Assembly (NCBI RefSeq): GCF_036321535.1 | Contig: NC_087437.1 | Span: forward strand, 93,622,001-93,686,000 | Reading direction: 5' to 3' | From: Camelus dromedarius | Taxonomy: Eukaryota | DNA length: 64,000 nt | In this document: positions 25,933-39,540 of the stretch, one piece after another | Numbering within the stretch: position 1 is the first letter of the stretch | How the letters are laid out: every line of letters starts with the position of its first letter | Position numbers and translations under genes: made by a program | Notes under the pieces: generated by a model | Told to the model about the DNA's origin: nothing | What the model saw: only the letters and a program-made list of their open reading frames with translations | The model's database searches: none

Positions 25933-28900
25933 CAGAATAAAAATCCATTTGTAGTATTTAAAATTGGATAATTATTTATTGTATTACTCCTTAAGAAACT
26001 TTCCAAAACTACAAACCTAAAAATAAAGCTTCTCATACATTTCTCTACACTTGTTCCCATTTTGCATTAAGTAGAAAGAGACCGGCATAGACTAACTATC
26101 CCTTAACTAAGCTATTATCCTTTGTGCTGTTTGTCAAAATAGTACCAAGAGATAATGAATAGCATTGAAAACATCAAAACATCATCAATAAACATCATGA
26201 CCAAAATAATACTTGTATCCTGAGATCTAAAAGTAAGTCATTTAAATGCCTTGGTGACATTGTTTTGTAATTATAAATAAATTTTTGGAATTCAGAAGAG
26301 TTGAGCAGAATTCTGCCTTTGTTAAAAATACAAAGTTATCTTGTATTATCTTCCGTTTTCTGAAGTTCACTGTATTCGTTTGTGTGAAAAGTAGCTTGTG
26401 TTATCTCTGGGCTCCCATTCACCTTGACATTCTATTGTGTGATCATACAGTTGTACTTCTTAATAAGGGGCTTGTGACTTTGTGTGCTAACACCATTCAT
26501 GCAAATGAATTCTTAAGAGTAACAGGCCCTGTTTTCATGAAAATAAACCAAGTGATGAACAGTAAAAGAAATGAAGAAAATTATGAGCAGTATTAATTTG
26601 CCATCTGTATAACTTCTTCATTCTTGAGACTTTCTCTAAATATGAAAATAAAATTTGAAGGAATGAGAAAATCAACAGTCATTATCCTAGCTGACTGACA
26701 AGTCATTTTCATTACCCAAATAGGAATTTCAGTATTTATGAATATATTTGAAATTACTGAGATAATATAACAAATGGATAATTTTATCAGACTGCATCTT
26801 TTATAAAAAGAAAGATTTGGGATATTTAATTTAGATGATACTTATTTTGAAACGTTAACAATTCACTATAGTTAAACTTGTTCCTTTGTTAGAAGGTAAT
26901 TGGTATAGACTATTAAAAACTGTTTTTCACTTTATAGAAGCAATTTATGAATTATAATTAATTAGTTCCTTTTAGGTTAAATATACAAAAACTGGCTTTG
27001 AAAACTCCTATTGTATTTTCAGTTCTGTTCATCTTTAACACCAATACATATGATCATATAACTAACTAAAGAGGACTAAGGTCAACACATCATCATAATT
27101 AAAATATTTAAAATCCTGTAACATACTTAAAATGATCTATTCCATATTAATTAATTTTCAGTTCTATGCTGATTATCAAAAGTTAATACTAAAACCATTA
27201 ATAAACAGTTTTCCTTTTAAGTTCATTCTGATTATTCAATGGCACGTATGTTTTGGTTTTGTGTTACTTCAAATAGTTTGTTTAGTATAAAAATTGTTAA
27301 TAGTTAAGTCATAATTTTTCAGAATGCTATGAAGGTATAGGTATTCTAGGTGTTCCATTTTAAGACTTTTATTACCTTACTTTAGAGGTATTGTCAGAAT
27401 GAAGGACAGATAAAGTGGACCATTTTCACAGGACACTGATTAATGAAGCACAATGCCTATTTATAGTGCAATGAGTGATATTGTCCAATTAATTGGAGTG
27501 GATCATAAGAAACTCTGTCCTCATGGGGCTGAGTATACCTACTCAGAAAAACAAATGATAGATCAGATTGTTATCTGGAGAGCACTCAGTTGGAACCAAA
27601 GGAATTTAATGTTCTTTAAGAAATATTTCTATTATACTGTAGTACCAAAATGAATTTCCTTTCTCCCCTCTAGAGAATTTCCTGTCTGAATACCTGGGAC
27701 AAATCATGCAGAATCAGATTATTTCTCTTTTGAAGGATGCTAAGAATACCCAGATAAATGTTCATTATCTAGCTCTGTTTATGATACTCTTTTAAGGGAA
27801 CAAAATTTTGTGCCATAAAAAAAAGTCTCCTGTTGCAAGTTACAATGATTTAAACTCATCTAATTTTATTTAAATCATGGAATGGTCTCTCTTTGAAGTT
27901 ATATTGGGATAGATCTTAGGAACCCTGGTGATTTGGAGAAAATAATTTAGTTTTATTTAACATACTAGGTGTTCATGTACATTTTTTCATACATTTTCTA
28001 CATATCAGTAATAGTAATCATCTGTAGAAAATTTTCTCACATTTATATATATTTCCAAGTTATTATTTCCTGGTCTTATCCCTAAAATCTGGAGCCTTCC
28101 TCTTTATAGACATGTTGCCATTTTTTAATGAACACAAATCTTATACTGGTCCCTGGTGATCTCTCTTGCTTCAGACAGGCACTTATGGTTTATGTGACTT
28201 ACTAGTCCCTGGATCATGTCATTAGTCACTTTTTGAAATTGTCTTTCTTTGAATCATCAGGGGATTTTAAACCATTTGATAGCAGAGTTCATGCTGACGG
28301 TGAATTCAGAGGAGGGAGATTGTCGTGGATAAGGATAATAAAGAAAGATTTCACAGATAAGCCTGTACTTAAACTAGACCTTGGGAGACTTATCTAGGCA
28401 GAAATGAAGAAAGTTAACCCGGATGTTGGAACTAATACAATGGAGGAGCAAAAATGTTGACAAGGATGTACAGATATCAGTGTTGCTTAAACAGTTTATA
28501 AGCATTTATAGGTTTAAACTAATGTGATGGTATCAGTAATGAAAATAAAGAGATAGATGCAAAATTTAATTTAGAGGAAGAATCTGTAAAAAGGGATTCT
28601 TATGTATAGGAGAGTTTGAATTGCTTACCATCATGTTAAACTTCAACAAGAAGATTCTATATCCCAGGGTTTTGTCAACTCATGGAATATAAGAAGTATT
28701 ATCAAAATGAGGTACAAAACAAGAATAATAAATTCAAAGGATATTGACTAATAAAACAGAACCCCTGCTAATTAGTCTAATGAAAAATCATTAAATATAA
28801 GCAATAAAGCCCTATTTATTGCAGTGGATCATAAGAATCCTGCCCTGGGGGTGTTGAAAACAAATGATAAACTTTGTATTAATTTAATATTAACTTCATA

Positions 28901-29933
28901 TTAATTGTGACTTTTACTATGTGCTCCATAACCTGAAATCTGAAAATAGAAATTAGTTTTTGGGTTAGTTTTAATGCACAAATTTACATATGTACTCTCA
29001 TTTAAAGTATCTCACCCCTGAAAGAGTTATGAAAATTGGGAACCTGAGAATCAGATAATAGTTTTTATCAGGGTATATATATTTCACCAAGAAATATTAT
29101 TTAATTCTTGATTATTTTTATCTTTTAACTTGGCTGAACACTCAGTATTTGAAAAGCAAGGTTATCATTTTTGAAAGATGATCCTATAATATTAAATTGA
29201 ACTTAGAGCTCAGAACACTGGCAGCTCTCTAATTTCTCTTCCTAGGCATGCACTTAGTAATGAGTTTATCTTGGTTGGAAGTCAGCAGTGCTCACAACCA
29301 GAACATGCACGGATGTATTGCTGAGGATTTTACTTACAGACATAGGCTTCCTTTAGCATGTAGTATATTACCTAAATGTAGCACTTCTAGTTTGATTTTT
29401 TCCATAAAAAATCTCTGGGAATTTGATTCTTCATTTTTTTTCCTATCTATTGAAGTGTTAAATGAATTGTTTCTGAGGAAATTAGTATCTTTACTGATGA
29501 ATAAATCTGTGGGCTACTTTTCTCTAGAAATGGGATGGATATACATATATGTATATATGCATACACACATTAGAATTTATTGGTTGTTTATATATAAGAT
29601 TTCTGAATATTGTTAAGGAAAACTTATCATTCCAGTCCATATGTTAGGCGATTAAAGCACATCACTCTAGCAATATGCAGGAGCTCTATTATTAGCTATG
29701 GCATAGAATTTTGAATTTCAGTTCCAGCCAGTACCTACTAAGTGTTCAGCTAGAAAAGACTAGTGCCTCTATTAGTTATCCACTCTGCCTCATGTGGATC
29801 TTGGGTAAATATAAATTAAGAAAAAATATTTTTCCATCAGAGGTTCAGGAGACTTTACTAACCATTGCTTTCTAATGTTGTCTCAGGAGACAAACATTAA
29901 GATGCCTTAAACTTCTTTGAAAAAGTATATATG

Positions 29934-30123
29934 TATTTTAATTGAAGTAGCAGTTACAATGTGGCAGTTTCTGGTGTACAGAACAATGTCCCAGTCATAT
30001 ATTTACATACATATATTTGTTTTCATATTCTTTTTCATTAAATGTTATTACATGATATTGAACATAGTTCCCTGTGCTATACAGCATAAACTTTTAAAAA
30101 TCTGTTTTATATATAGTGGCTAA
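29934..30123 (-). mobile_element. L1 3' UTR fragment, same type as 1006-1210
   Basis: Reverse complement resembles the 1006-1210 element. Imperfect TSD tgaaaaa(g)tatatat at ~29918 and ~30126. Confidence 0.85.
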
Positions 30124-30277
30124 CCTGAAAAATATATATTTTAATGAAGATATATGGTGTTTAAGATAACACTATTCCTAGCATGTCATACATTGATTAT
30201 TTTCGTTTTCATTTCTTCTGTGACAGGTTCGTAACCCCCCACATGAGTGTGATTAAAATAGGATAGCAGAATAGAAG

Positions 30278-30278
<1 letters not shown>

Positions 30279-30325
<47 letters not shown>
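30279..30325. repeat. (TG)n microsatellite
   Basis: Seen directly. Confidence 0.98.
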
Positions 30326-30327
<2 letters not shown>

Positions 30328-30934
30328 GGAGCTGGTGGTATGTGCTGGTGGAAATTGTCAGTAAGAACATCACCATTGGATTCTAATTGGCCTTCTCTGC
30401 CTCTCAGGGTTAAGGTTGACATTTTGCTTTCACAGACTAGTTTTACCTACTAGAAATTTTAAAAGATTCAGGCAAGGAAGATGAAGGAAATCAGCAGAAA
30501 TACTCTGTCATTAAATTAGAAGGAAAAATAAACAGAAGTCTGTATGAAAATATCTAGGCAATCACATTACTATTCTGTTTAAGACAATTACCAGCTAATG
30601 AAGGAAAAAGTTAAGACTGAGCGACATCCTTGTCATTAACATTTGGTCTTTGATTATTGATGTTATATGTCAATACCTAATTTGTAGAAAGTTTTCCATA
30701 CATAAATAAAATTTTTCAAAGAGTGTATATTGTTCTATAGTGCAAAACCAGGTTTTTATTCATACTGATCATCAGAGACATATCTAGAATAGAATATATT
30801 GCCAACATAAATCTGCTTTTACTGATTTGTATTTTGGACTGTTGTCATCTTAAAAAGTTTCAGAAAACCCCTATGAAATGCTTAGATGTGCTTACTTTAC
30901 ACAAGTGTCATTGTTTGTTATATTATGATGGCTT

Positions 30935-31850
30935 TTTAGCTATTTATTATGGAAATTTCACATATTCAAAAGTAGAGAAAACTGTATTAGGAATTCCCAA
31001 ATATTTATCACTCAATCTAACTCATGGCAAATCTCATTTCATTTATAACTTTCTTTTCTTTGTTTCTCCTGTTGAATTTTTTTTAAAAGTATCTCAGGCG
31101 TCATTATAATTATATCCATGTATATGGATACACTTAATATAAATATTGATACACATAATATATATAGTATGTGTCTAAAATTGAGCACATATTTTCTAAT
31201 GTAGACACAATTTCATTATAATACAAAAGTAACAGATATTTCTTAATGAAAATTCTAATGGTCAAATGTTTATTGTCTCACTAAATGATGTTATGATATG
31301 CCATATATTAATATATAATATCAACATTAATGTTCATATATACAGATATACAGATGTATAATTTTATGTATCTATAATCTACCTGTATAATACATACATA
31401 CTATATTACTATCTGTATAAAACCCCCAAAATTTCTGGGACCCAAAAATGTTTATATATTGCATTTGCTTTAAAGGTCTTCTAAATATCTTTTAATCTAC
31501 AGATTCCACAAACCCTCATTTATCTCTTTGAAATTTACCATGGACAAAATAGTGTTTTTCCTCTAGAATACCTCCATATTCTGAATTTTGCTTTATTGCA
31601 TTCTTGTGGTTTAACATGATTTTCTTAACAGTGTATTTCCTGTAATCTGCCAGCTAGATCTAGAAATTTGATCCTGTAAATGTTCCATGTTTTGGCAAAA
31701 TAACTTCATTCATGGTGTTTTTTGTTTGTTTGTTTGTTTTTTGTTTTTTTTCCAACAAGAGGTTCTTAAGATGCAATTGAGTCTCTTCTTGTAATGTTAG
31801 TTGTCACTGAGACTCAATGCTAGATCCATTATTTTTCAAGGCTTTGCATT
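30935..31850 (-). mobile_element. Old L1M (L1MC/ME-like) 3' region
   Basis: tttattatggaaatttcacatattcaaaagtagaga...tcttttaatctacagattcc...ccatattctgaattttgct. Confidence 0.6.
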
Positions 31851-31909
31851 TTTATTGTTTTCACAAGATTTCTAAGGGAAGAAAAAGCTATTGTTACTGA
31901 TTTCAGCCT

Positions 31910-33860
31910 TCTCATTGAGGATTATTTGACATATAGTGAATTGCAAAGATCTTAACAGTGTAATGTGTTTTGAAAAATGTTTATACCCATGGAACTGAAA
32001 CCATACATGATATTTAACTTTTTCACTCCCACATTATCTCCTAGAAAAAGGCAATGTTAAAATTTTTTATCATTGAAAATAAGCTTTATAAATGTTCTAG
32101 AATTTCCTGTAAACAGAATCACACATGTTCTAAGTCTGATTTTATTTGTTCAGCATAATGTTTTGAAGACTCATCTATGTTGTTACATAGATTAGTTTGT
32201 TTCTTTTTATTGCTTAGGTATATCCCATAGTGTGGATGTATTACTGTTAAAAGATAAACTGAGGCATATTCACATTTTGAATTTATTTGAGCAAAAGCCA
32301 ATTGGAATTAGATGTGCCAAACCAGAAGCAGTTAGGAGTGCTCCCCAGTCAGGAGCCAGGGGAAAGACTAATATAGAGGAAGTACAGATGCAACAAAAGG
32401 AAATTATATAATTGCCTACAGCTTAAAGCCTAGTTGACTGTGATTGGTCATCCTTAGCATTTTGATTTTTGTATATCTGGGGCATTTAGAGGCTGAGGTT
32501 AGGTTTACTTACATAGGCTGCCATAGCATTAAAGCCACCTCAGTCTGATGGTCTCCTTGTTTAAATAATTTTACATTACAAAATTATTCATTGTTCCTTC
32601 AGCTGGGGAATATACATGTTGTTTTCAAATATTATTTACTATAGAAAATCTGCTATGAACATTCACATAGAATAATTTTGTGAGTATATAATTTCATGTT
32701 TCTTGGCTACATACCCAGGAGTAGAATGTCTGGATCATATGGTATGTTGTATATTTAACTTTCTAAGAAATTGCCATGTAGGTAAAAAACAAAACAAACA
32801 AAAAAAAACTTTGCCCAAATGAGGGGAATGCAAATATTCTTACATGTTCATTGAGAAATCTCATAGTCTTAGCACTTAAAATTTAGACCTACTCCTCTAT
32901 CTCAGATTAAATTTTGTATATATGAGATTGAGTTAGTTTTTAACCGTAAAGATACCCAGTTGTTCCACACAGTTTAGGGAAGAGACCTTTCATTTCTCAT
33001 TATATTGATTGGCATCTATGTCAAGAAATGCTTGAATGACTATATATATATATGTGGGTCTGTTTTTTTGACTCTCCACTATGTTCCATTCTTTACACCA
33101 ATATGTATTACCTTATTTAATGTATTTTTATATGGAGGTTTGAAACCATGTAATGCAAGTCTTTCTATCTAACTCATTCCTTCTCTCTCTCCCTTTCGTT
33201 TTTGATACCCTGGTATATTATAGGTCCTTTACATTTTTATGTATCCATTTCAACAAAAAAAATGATTTGTGGTGACTCAATGTGGAAATAATTGTTCTAA
33301 GAATATTGAGTCTTCTGATTAATTGATATGTTTATTTTGTATTTAGGTCTTCATTAATCTCTTTCATCAATATGTTACAGTGCTCAATAAAAATGTCTTA
33401 CATTTTTTGCTGAATTTGTGAATTTAGTTGAATTTATGAATTCTCAAATTTGTTGTTTGGTATTAAGTATTTGTTGACACTAATATAAATGATAGTTTTA
33501 AATTGAATTTTTCAGTTGTTTGTTGCTAACATGTAATTTTTAAAATTTAATACTAATCTTATAGTCATTTATTTAGAGACCTTGCTAAAATTCATTTATA
33601 TCAGATAGCTTGTCTGTAGATTCCTTTGTGACTTTTACATTATTAATCATGTAATCAACAGAGGAGAGCTTCTATATCTCTTTCCAATATTTATGCCTTT
33701 TTGTGCCTCAGTGTATTTGCTAGAACCTAAATTAAAATGCTGAATAGAGGTAAAATGAAACATCCTTCCTTGCTCTTGATTTAGGAAACAAGAAAATTTT
33801 ATTAGTAACTGTAATGCTAGCAATAAGGCTTAGGTTTAAACCTCTTATCAGTTTCAAGTT
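31910..33860 (-). mobile_element. Old L1M 3' UTR and ORF2 fragments, interrupted by an LTR
   Basis: attgaggattatttgacatatag...catacccaggagtagaatgtctggatcatatgg...gaatattgagtcttctgat. Confidence 0.75.
32245..32575 (-). mobile_element. ERV1/MER4-group (MER57-like) solo LTR
   Basis: TGTTAAAA...TTTTACA termini and 4-bp TSD TTAC (32241-44 and 32576-79). CCAAT and AATAAA on the minus strand. Confidence 0.8.
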
Positions 33861-35099
33861 TTTTTTTTTTTCCTTATTTCCGACTGATTACTCTTTCTGC
33901 ATTCCCATGTAAAGCACTTTCTTAAAGAGAAATCCTCCCTCATCAGTTATGTGGTTACCTTGAAAGAAATTTTATGCTAAAAATAAGCCTAAATATCTGA
34001 TTCTTTTTTTTTATTTTAGTTACAAAAATAAAATATTGATTCCTTTCATTCTTTTAATATCATAATTAGTAATGTTTTACATTTATGATCTCATTGAGTT
34101 TAACATGTTTTATCTGATTAATTCATTGTGGTTACTGTCCTTAATTGATGGTTAAGTTTTTAAATCTTGACAGAGCCTTATCTTGTTGGCTCCTGAGTCC
34201 TCTTGATAAAATCTTAGCACTTTTTATAAGCTTCCTAGCTGTCTGATAAGACAAGTTATTATAGAAGACAAGTTATTACAGCTCATTACCTAACATTATC
34301 TTCATTTTCTTTACCATCCCTAAGATCAGCTTTTTCTCTAAGACCCTTTGGTTACTAGAAATTTGTGTGCTATGGGTTCTCTTTACTATTGGATTGCCCT
34401 TAGACTTTAAAAGTAGTGGAAAAGCAGTATTTTTTGTAAATAAGATTTAATCTGTTGTAAGTTTATAGTTATATTTTGAATTCAGCTTTATGAATTATAG
34501 AATTATATTATTTAATTATATACATATATGACATGTATATACATATACATATTTCAGTTTTGAACATCATAATATTAGTATGATTATTCTTTGATATATG
34601 CTGCACCATATATTATAGTTTCAAATTAATATCCAATGTTAATACCAAGACATGATTATTAAAAGTAGTTCTGGAGTTTTTGTTAATTTATTTTTATCTT
34701 CTTGGCAGATATCACCAGTTAAGAATTTATTGTCAACTTATTGTGTTTTAATTTTTTGACTGCTGTTGCTTATTTTTAATAATATAGTAAACACATGAGT
34801 CCATCATTCAACATGAGAACTAGAAGCTCAACAAGAATTCACATCACCTTTACACATACATGCCTTAATATAATTTATTTTAAAATCTTTAACAGAATTT
34901 TGGTTATGTATATTTCTTATGTATTAGGAATACTTTTTCCCCCTTTTTTTTTGGAGGAAGAGGAATTACTTTTCCCAGACTCTTGTCTTTCAGTTTTGTT
35001 TTTGGTTTCTGTCATTAACAATTGTTTTTAAAAATTATTGTAGTCAAGTCTAGTACTTCTTTGTTTTTGTTTTGTTTTGTTTTCTGCTCTCCATGTCTT

Positions 35100-35447
35100 A
35101 TCTAGTAATTTTTATTTAACTGTGAGTTCATGAAGATATTCTGTATTTTCTTCTAATTTTGAAAAAATTGTATATTTAGGTCTTTAGTACATCTATAATT
35201 TATTTTGTGAATGATGAGAGGTAGTGATTTAATTTTTTGTCTTGAATGTATAGTCACTTGTTGCAGCATCATTTGTTGTCTTTTTTTTTTCATTGATTTT
35301 AACACTGCCTCTTCCTATATTGTCTCCAATATGCATGGATATTTTTGGTGTATTTGATTATATCTACACTCTTACTTATTGTCTAATTCTCATAGACTAG
35401 GTAGGGCAATCCTTCTTGGGAGCATTTTGGCTAACATTTGGCCTTTG
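35100..35447 (-). mobile_element. Old L1 ORF2 fragment
   Basis: catgaagatattctgtattttcttcta...atttaggtcttt...ttgttgcagcatcatttgttg. Confidence 0.65.
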
Positions 35448-35497
35448 ATTTTTTAAACTGAAAAATAGTTAATTTACAATGTTGTATTAGTTTTCAG

Positions 35498-35912
35498 GAA
35501 ATAATATGATCATCTCAATAGATACAGAAAAAGCTTTTGATAAAATTCAACATCCATTTATGATTAAAAACTCCCCAGGAAGTGGGCATAGAGGGAACAT
35601 ACCTCAACATAATAAAGACTATATATGGCAACCCCACAGCTAACATCATACTCAATGGTGAAAAGCTGAAAGCATTTCCTCTAAGATCAGGAACAAGACA
35701 GGGATGCCCCCTCTCACCTCTTTTATTTCAAAATAGTTTTGGAGATCCTAGCCACAGTAATCAGAGAAGAAAAAGAAATAAAAGCAATCCAAACTGGAAA
35801 AGAAGTAAAACTGTCACTGCAGATGGCATGATACTATAATAGAAAATCCTAAAGACTCTACCAGAAAACTACTAAAGCTGATCAATGAATTTGGTAAAGT
35901 TGCAGGATACAA
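35498..35912 (+). mobile_element. L1 ORF2 reverse-transcriptase fragment, relatively young
   Basis: MIISIDTEKAFDKIQHPF and [11 protein letters not shown]...[25 protein letters not shown]. Confidence 0.95.
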
Positions 35913-36797
35913 AAGGAGAACACTTACAACATCTGAAGACCTAGTGTTACCAAAGATATAAAGGGAAAAACCCACCACTTGAGACCTTCTAGGGAAAGCA
36001 GTGTCTTCAGGGAAAGTCAATTGTAAGTTATAGTAAAAAGTGGAAACATTCTGTGAGAGTTTCAAATCCAAGTGTACCATTTCAGAAGTTAGGAAGAAGG
36101 TAACAGATAAGGTTAGAATGGGGAATATCCACCACAATCAGGGATTAGAGTGAGAGTTGAAGAGTGATCCTGATTTAGGCTTCTTGCTGTGAACAAGATA
36201 AACAAGGATAAAGAGTTGAATCATAATATTCTCACTGCACTGCACTGTTGCAGATTTAGCAGGTTCCTTCTCAATTCAACAGACAGGGAAATCTCTATAA
36301 AACAAAAATATATTATGTGTTCTTCACGTGACTAATTGGTTCAAAACCGTTTTTCCTACTTCCATGCTTAATAAACAGGTAATATTTTGCCATTCCAGAT
36401 TTAATGTATAAATTATAATCTAATTATAGAATTGAAGCTCATCTAAATTTCAGTTAATTATGAAGCAAACTGGTTATCTCTTGGATGTTAATTAAATATC
36501 TGTAAGTACTCATTCAATGATAAAGTGTCATGCACATACAGATACTGTTAACTGCAAATTACACTTATTTGAGTATGTTTTAGAAGCACCCAAGAATGAT
36601 ACAATTTATGATCAACTTGTCCTGTACCTAAGACTTTAACAATCTATGTATAAATGATATATATATGTAAATTTTCCTATTTACTGATTTAACATTCCAT
36701 TGCCTATAATTATAACAATTTTATTTATTTTAACAGCTAAATCTATGTCATTATTTCTAAAATGTATACATTAATTAAATACAAGGAAATATCACTT

Positions 36798-37432
36798 TAT
36801 GGTAGGAAGAATTCTACATTGGTCTCTAAAATTTGTGCTTGCTGATAACATTGTATAACTTTCCTCCCCTCCTTGAGTGTGTTCCTAAACTATGAATGTA
36901 GTGGATGATAACTCCTGTGACTAGGCTATGTTAGACGGCATAGTTGATTCCTAGACAGAGAGAGGGAGGTGGGGAAAGGCATTGACAAATTGGCGACATT
37001 GGTGAGCCTGGCCTAATCAGGCGAATCCTTAGACAGATTAGAAGTGTGAGAGGGATTTGACATGAGGGATAATGAGGGAGATTTGTCTTTCAAGATAAAG
37101 GGAAACATCTGGAAAGGAATAAAAATGGCATAAAAGACGGCATTAAAAGAATGACTTTTAATTGATAGCCAGCAAGGAAACAAGGACTTCAGCCCCATAA
37201 CTATAAGAAATTTAATGTAATTCTTCCACAACTAAGTGAGCTTAGAATCGGATGCAGAGCTCTAAATGAGAAAACTACCTGGCCAGCACCTTCATTTTTC
37301 CCTTTTCTGGCCCTGAGAGGAAAACAGTCATGCCATGTCCAGATTTCTGACCTTCAGAATTTTGAGCAAATGCATGGGCATTTTTCAAGTCACTAGGTTT
37401 GCAGTAATTTGTTACACAGGAATAAAAATACA
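36798..37432 (+). mobile_element. MLT1E-like MaLR solo LTR
   Basis: tatggtaggaagaattcta...cctccttgagtgtg...agccagcaaggaaacaaggacttcag...gtaatttgttacacag. Confidence 0.85.
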
Positions 37433-37751
37433 AAGTTTTTAAAAGAAATGATCAAACATTGCTATTTAACTTAAAAGGACAGCATTCCTGTGAGTCACTC
37501 AACATTTAAAGAACTAATCAGTGTGATAAAAGAGCCCATAATTTTAATTCATGGTACTTATCACATCAACTCACACTGTTTTCGCTTATCTTGATATTCT
37601 TGTTTAAGATTTGTTATTCCAAATGGCTGTCTTCTTAAGTCATCATGCTCATAAGTCACAGGAAAGTGGAGGAGTGACTAAAACTGTTTTGTTTCAATAA
37701 TGATAGAGTAAAACATAGTCTATTTCTAAATGTCCATTTTTTCCCTTAATT

Positions 37752-38330
37752 TTGCAAATATTTATTGAGCATTTATTTAGGTGTGTCATACTAAGGTTAT
37801 AGCAGTGAATATGATATGCAAGATCCTTACCCTCACAAAACTTACACTTCAGAGGTGAGAATGCAGCCAGTAAAATGGAAACAGATAAATGGCCAATAAC
37901 TTAAGGAAGTGACAAGTTCAATAAAGGCAGTAGGTAGAGAGATGTGATAGTGACATATGGGGCTATTTAGATTGGGTGTTTAGAGAAAGCCTCGCTAAGA
38001 AGTTTACATTTAAATGGGAAATCTAAAAAGATACAAAAATAAGTCATACAAGAAGGTCATGGACAAATGAGCTTTTTGTTTCAGAAAATAATAACATGAA
38101 TAAGGCAGGAATAAGCTTGATGTGTTTTTGACAAGAAAAGAGGCCATTGTGGCTCTAGTGTGAAAAACAACATTGAGGAGTAAGAGCTCAGTTCAGGGGA
38201 AACGTAGCTTCTATATTGACTTGCACCCAAAATAAAGAACTAGAGTTTAATTTGAAGTGCAGTGAAAAGAAATATAAAAGTTTTAGGCAAGGAAAGGGCA
38301 TGATATGACATGTTTTAGAAAGAGCATTTA
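37752..38330 (-). mobile_element. L2 LINE 3' end
   Basis: caaatatttattgagcattta...gcagtgaa...ccctcacaaaacttacac...ggcatgatatgacatgttttagaaagagca. Confidence 0.8.
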
Positions 38331-39259
38331 TCAGGTTGCCCTGAATCCACGTGTCATATGGCATTTTAATTTGTTGTTTTAAGTTTTGTTACATTTTTTT
38401 AAAGATTTTTTTTCCTGTTTTATTGTCCTTTGATTTTTCTCAACATTCCTATTATACCTATGTTAGCTTTCTCTTTGACTCCTGTTCCTCAAACAAGGTT
38501 TGAGAAAGAATATATAGAAGTTGATGATCCATTTGCAAAATGTTGAATAATGTGAAAATACCACATGCATTAACAATAAGGTTTTTATGTTACAATTGTA
38601 CTGAATTATTCGGCTTTTGGTGAAAACTTAAATGTCTGTGTTACACTGGTTGTGAGAAAATGTCATTGAAAGATAATTAGAAAATTGGTATTTGGTAAAC
38701 TTTTTGTATAGTGTAGGTAATGCTTGGGAAAATTTTGATCCCATTAATAGAAATGATACATAAGAAATATGTTTGCCAAAAAATCAAAAGATTATATTCA
38801 GTATAATTTATAGAAAAAAATGTTAATAGCATTATTCTAAGTTACGTTTATTTGCTAAAAATTACACAATACCAGATGAATTGTTTATAGCCAGAAAATG
38901 AAACATTACCATGACAATGAAAAAATGTGAGTGAACTAGTCTGACGGGGAGGAGCAATTACTGGGTGAGAGAGAGGGTCCAAACTCTAGCCTTATCTAAA
39001 GGTAAATGCTAAGCCACTGATGTAATTACTTTTAAGCCACTGCAGTACCTGTTTCGTAGAACTATCACCTTGTTTCGAGTTAAATCACTTCTTATTTTAT
39101 TTTTAGTGTATTTTGTTATTTTTGTGTTTCTTTTAATAGAATGATAATCTTAGAGAGCTTAATCTAAATATCAGTACTTTTAAAATTTAAATAGAATATT
39201 TAATAACCACTCCATATAGCTCTGCTGTTACATTAAAGAGGCCATATATATATCATGTA

Positions 39260-39540
39260 ATTGTTAAAAACCTACAGACAATAAACAAGATGACCTGGAT
39301 TCTGATTTTTGTCTCGTACTTAATTTGTTAATATGGACAGGTTCCATAGCCTCATTGCCTCATTTTTACCTTTATTAAATAGAGATAATGACAGTATCTA
39401 TTTCTTAGACTTAGAGGAATCCTTCAGATAGATAGATCAGTAGATAATTATGATGATGATAGACAGATATACACACGTATAGTACTTAATACAGCATCTG
39501 GCAAAAGCTAAAAGTTTAATAAAAGTTTGTGATTATTAAT
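39260..39540 (+). mobile_element. MIR SINE with an internal GATA-rich stretch
   Basis: gacctggattctgat...gcctcattttt...gagataatgacagtatcta...cttaatacagcatctggca. Confidence 0.65.

Noticed and set aside
27674..27795. Open frame NFLSEYLGQIMQNQIISLLKDAK after an acceptor
   Set aside because: It ends in a stop with no clear donor and resembles no protein I recognise.
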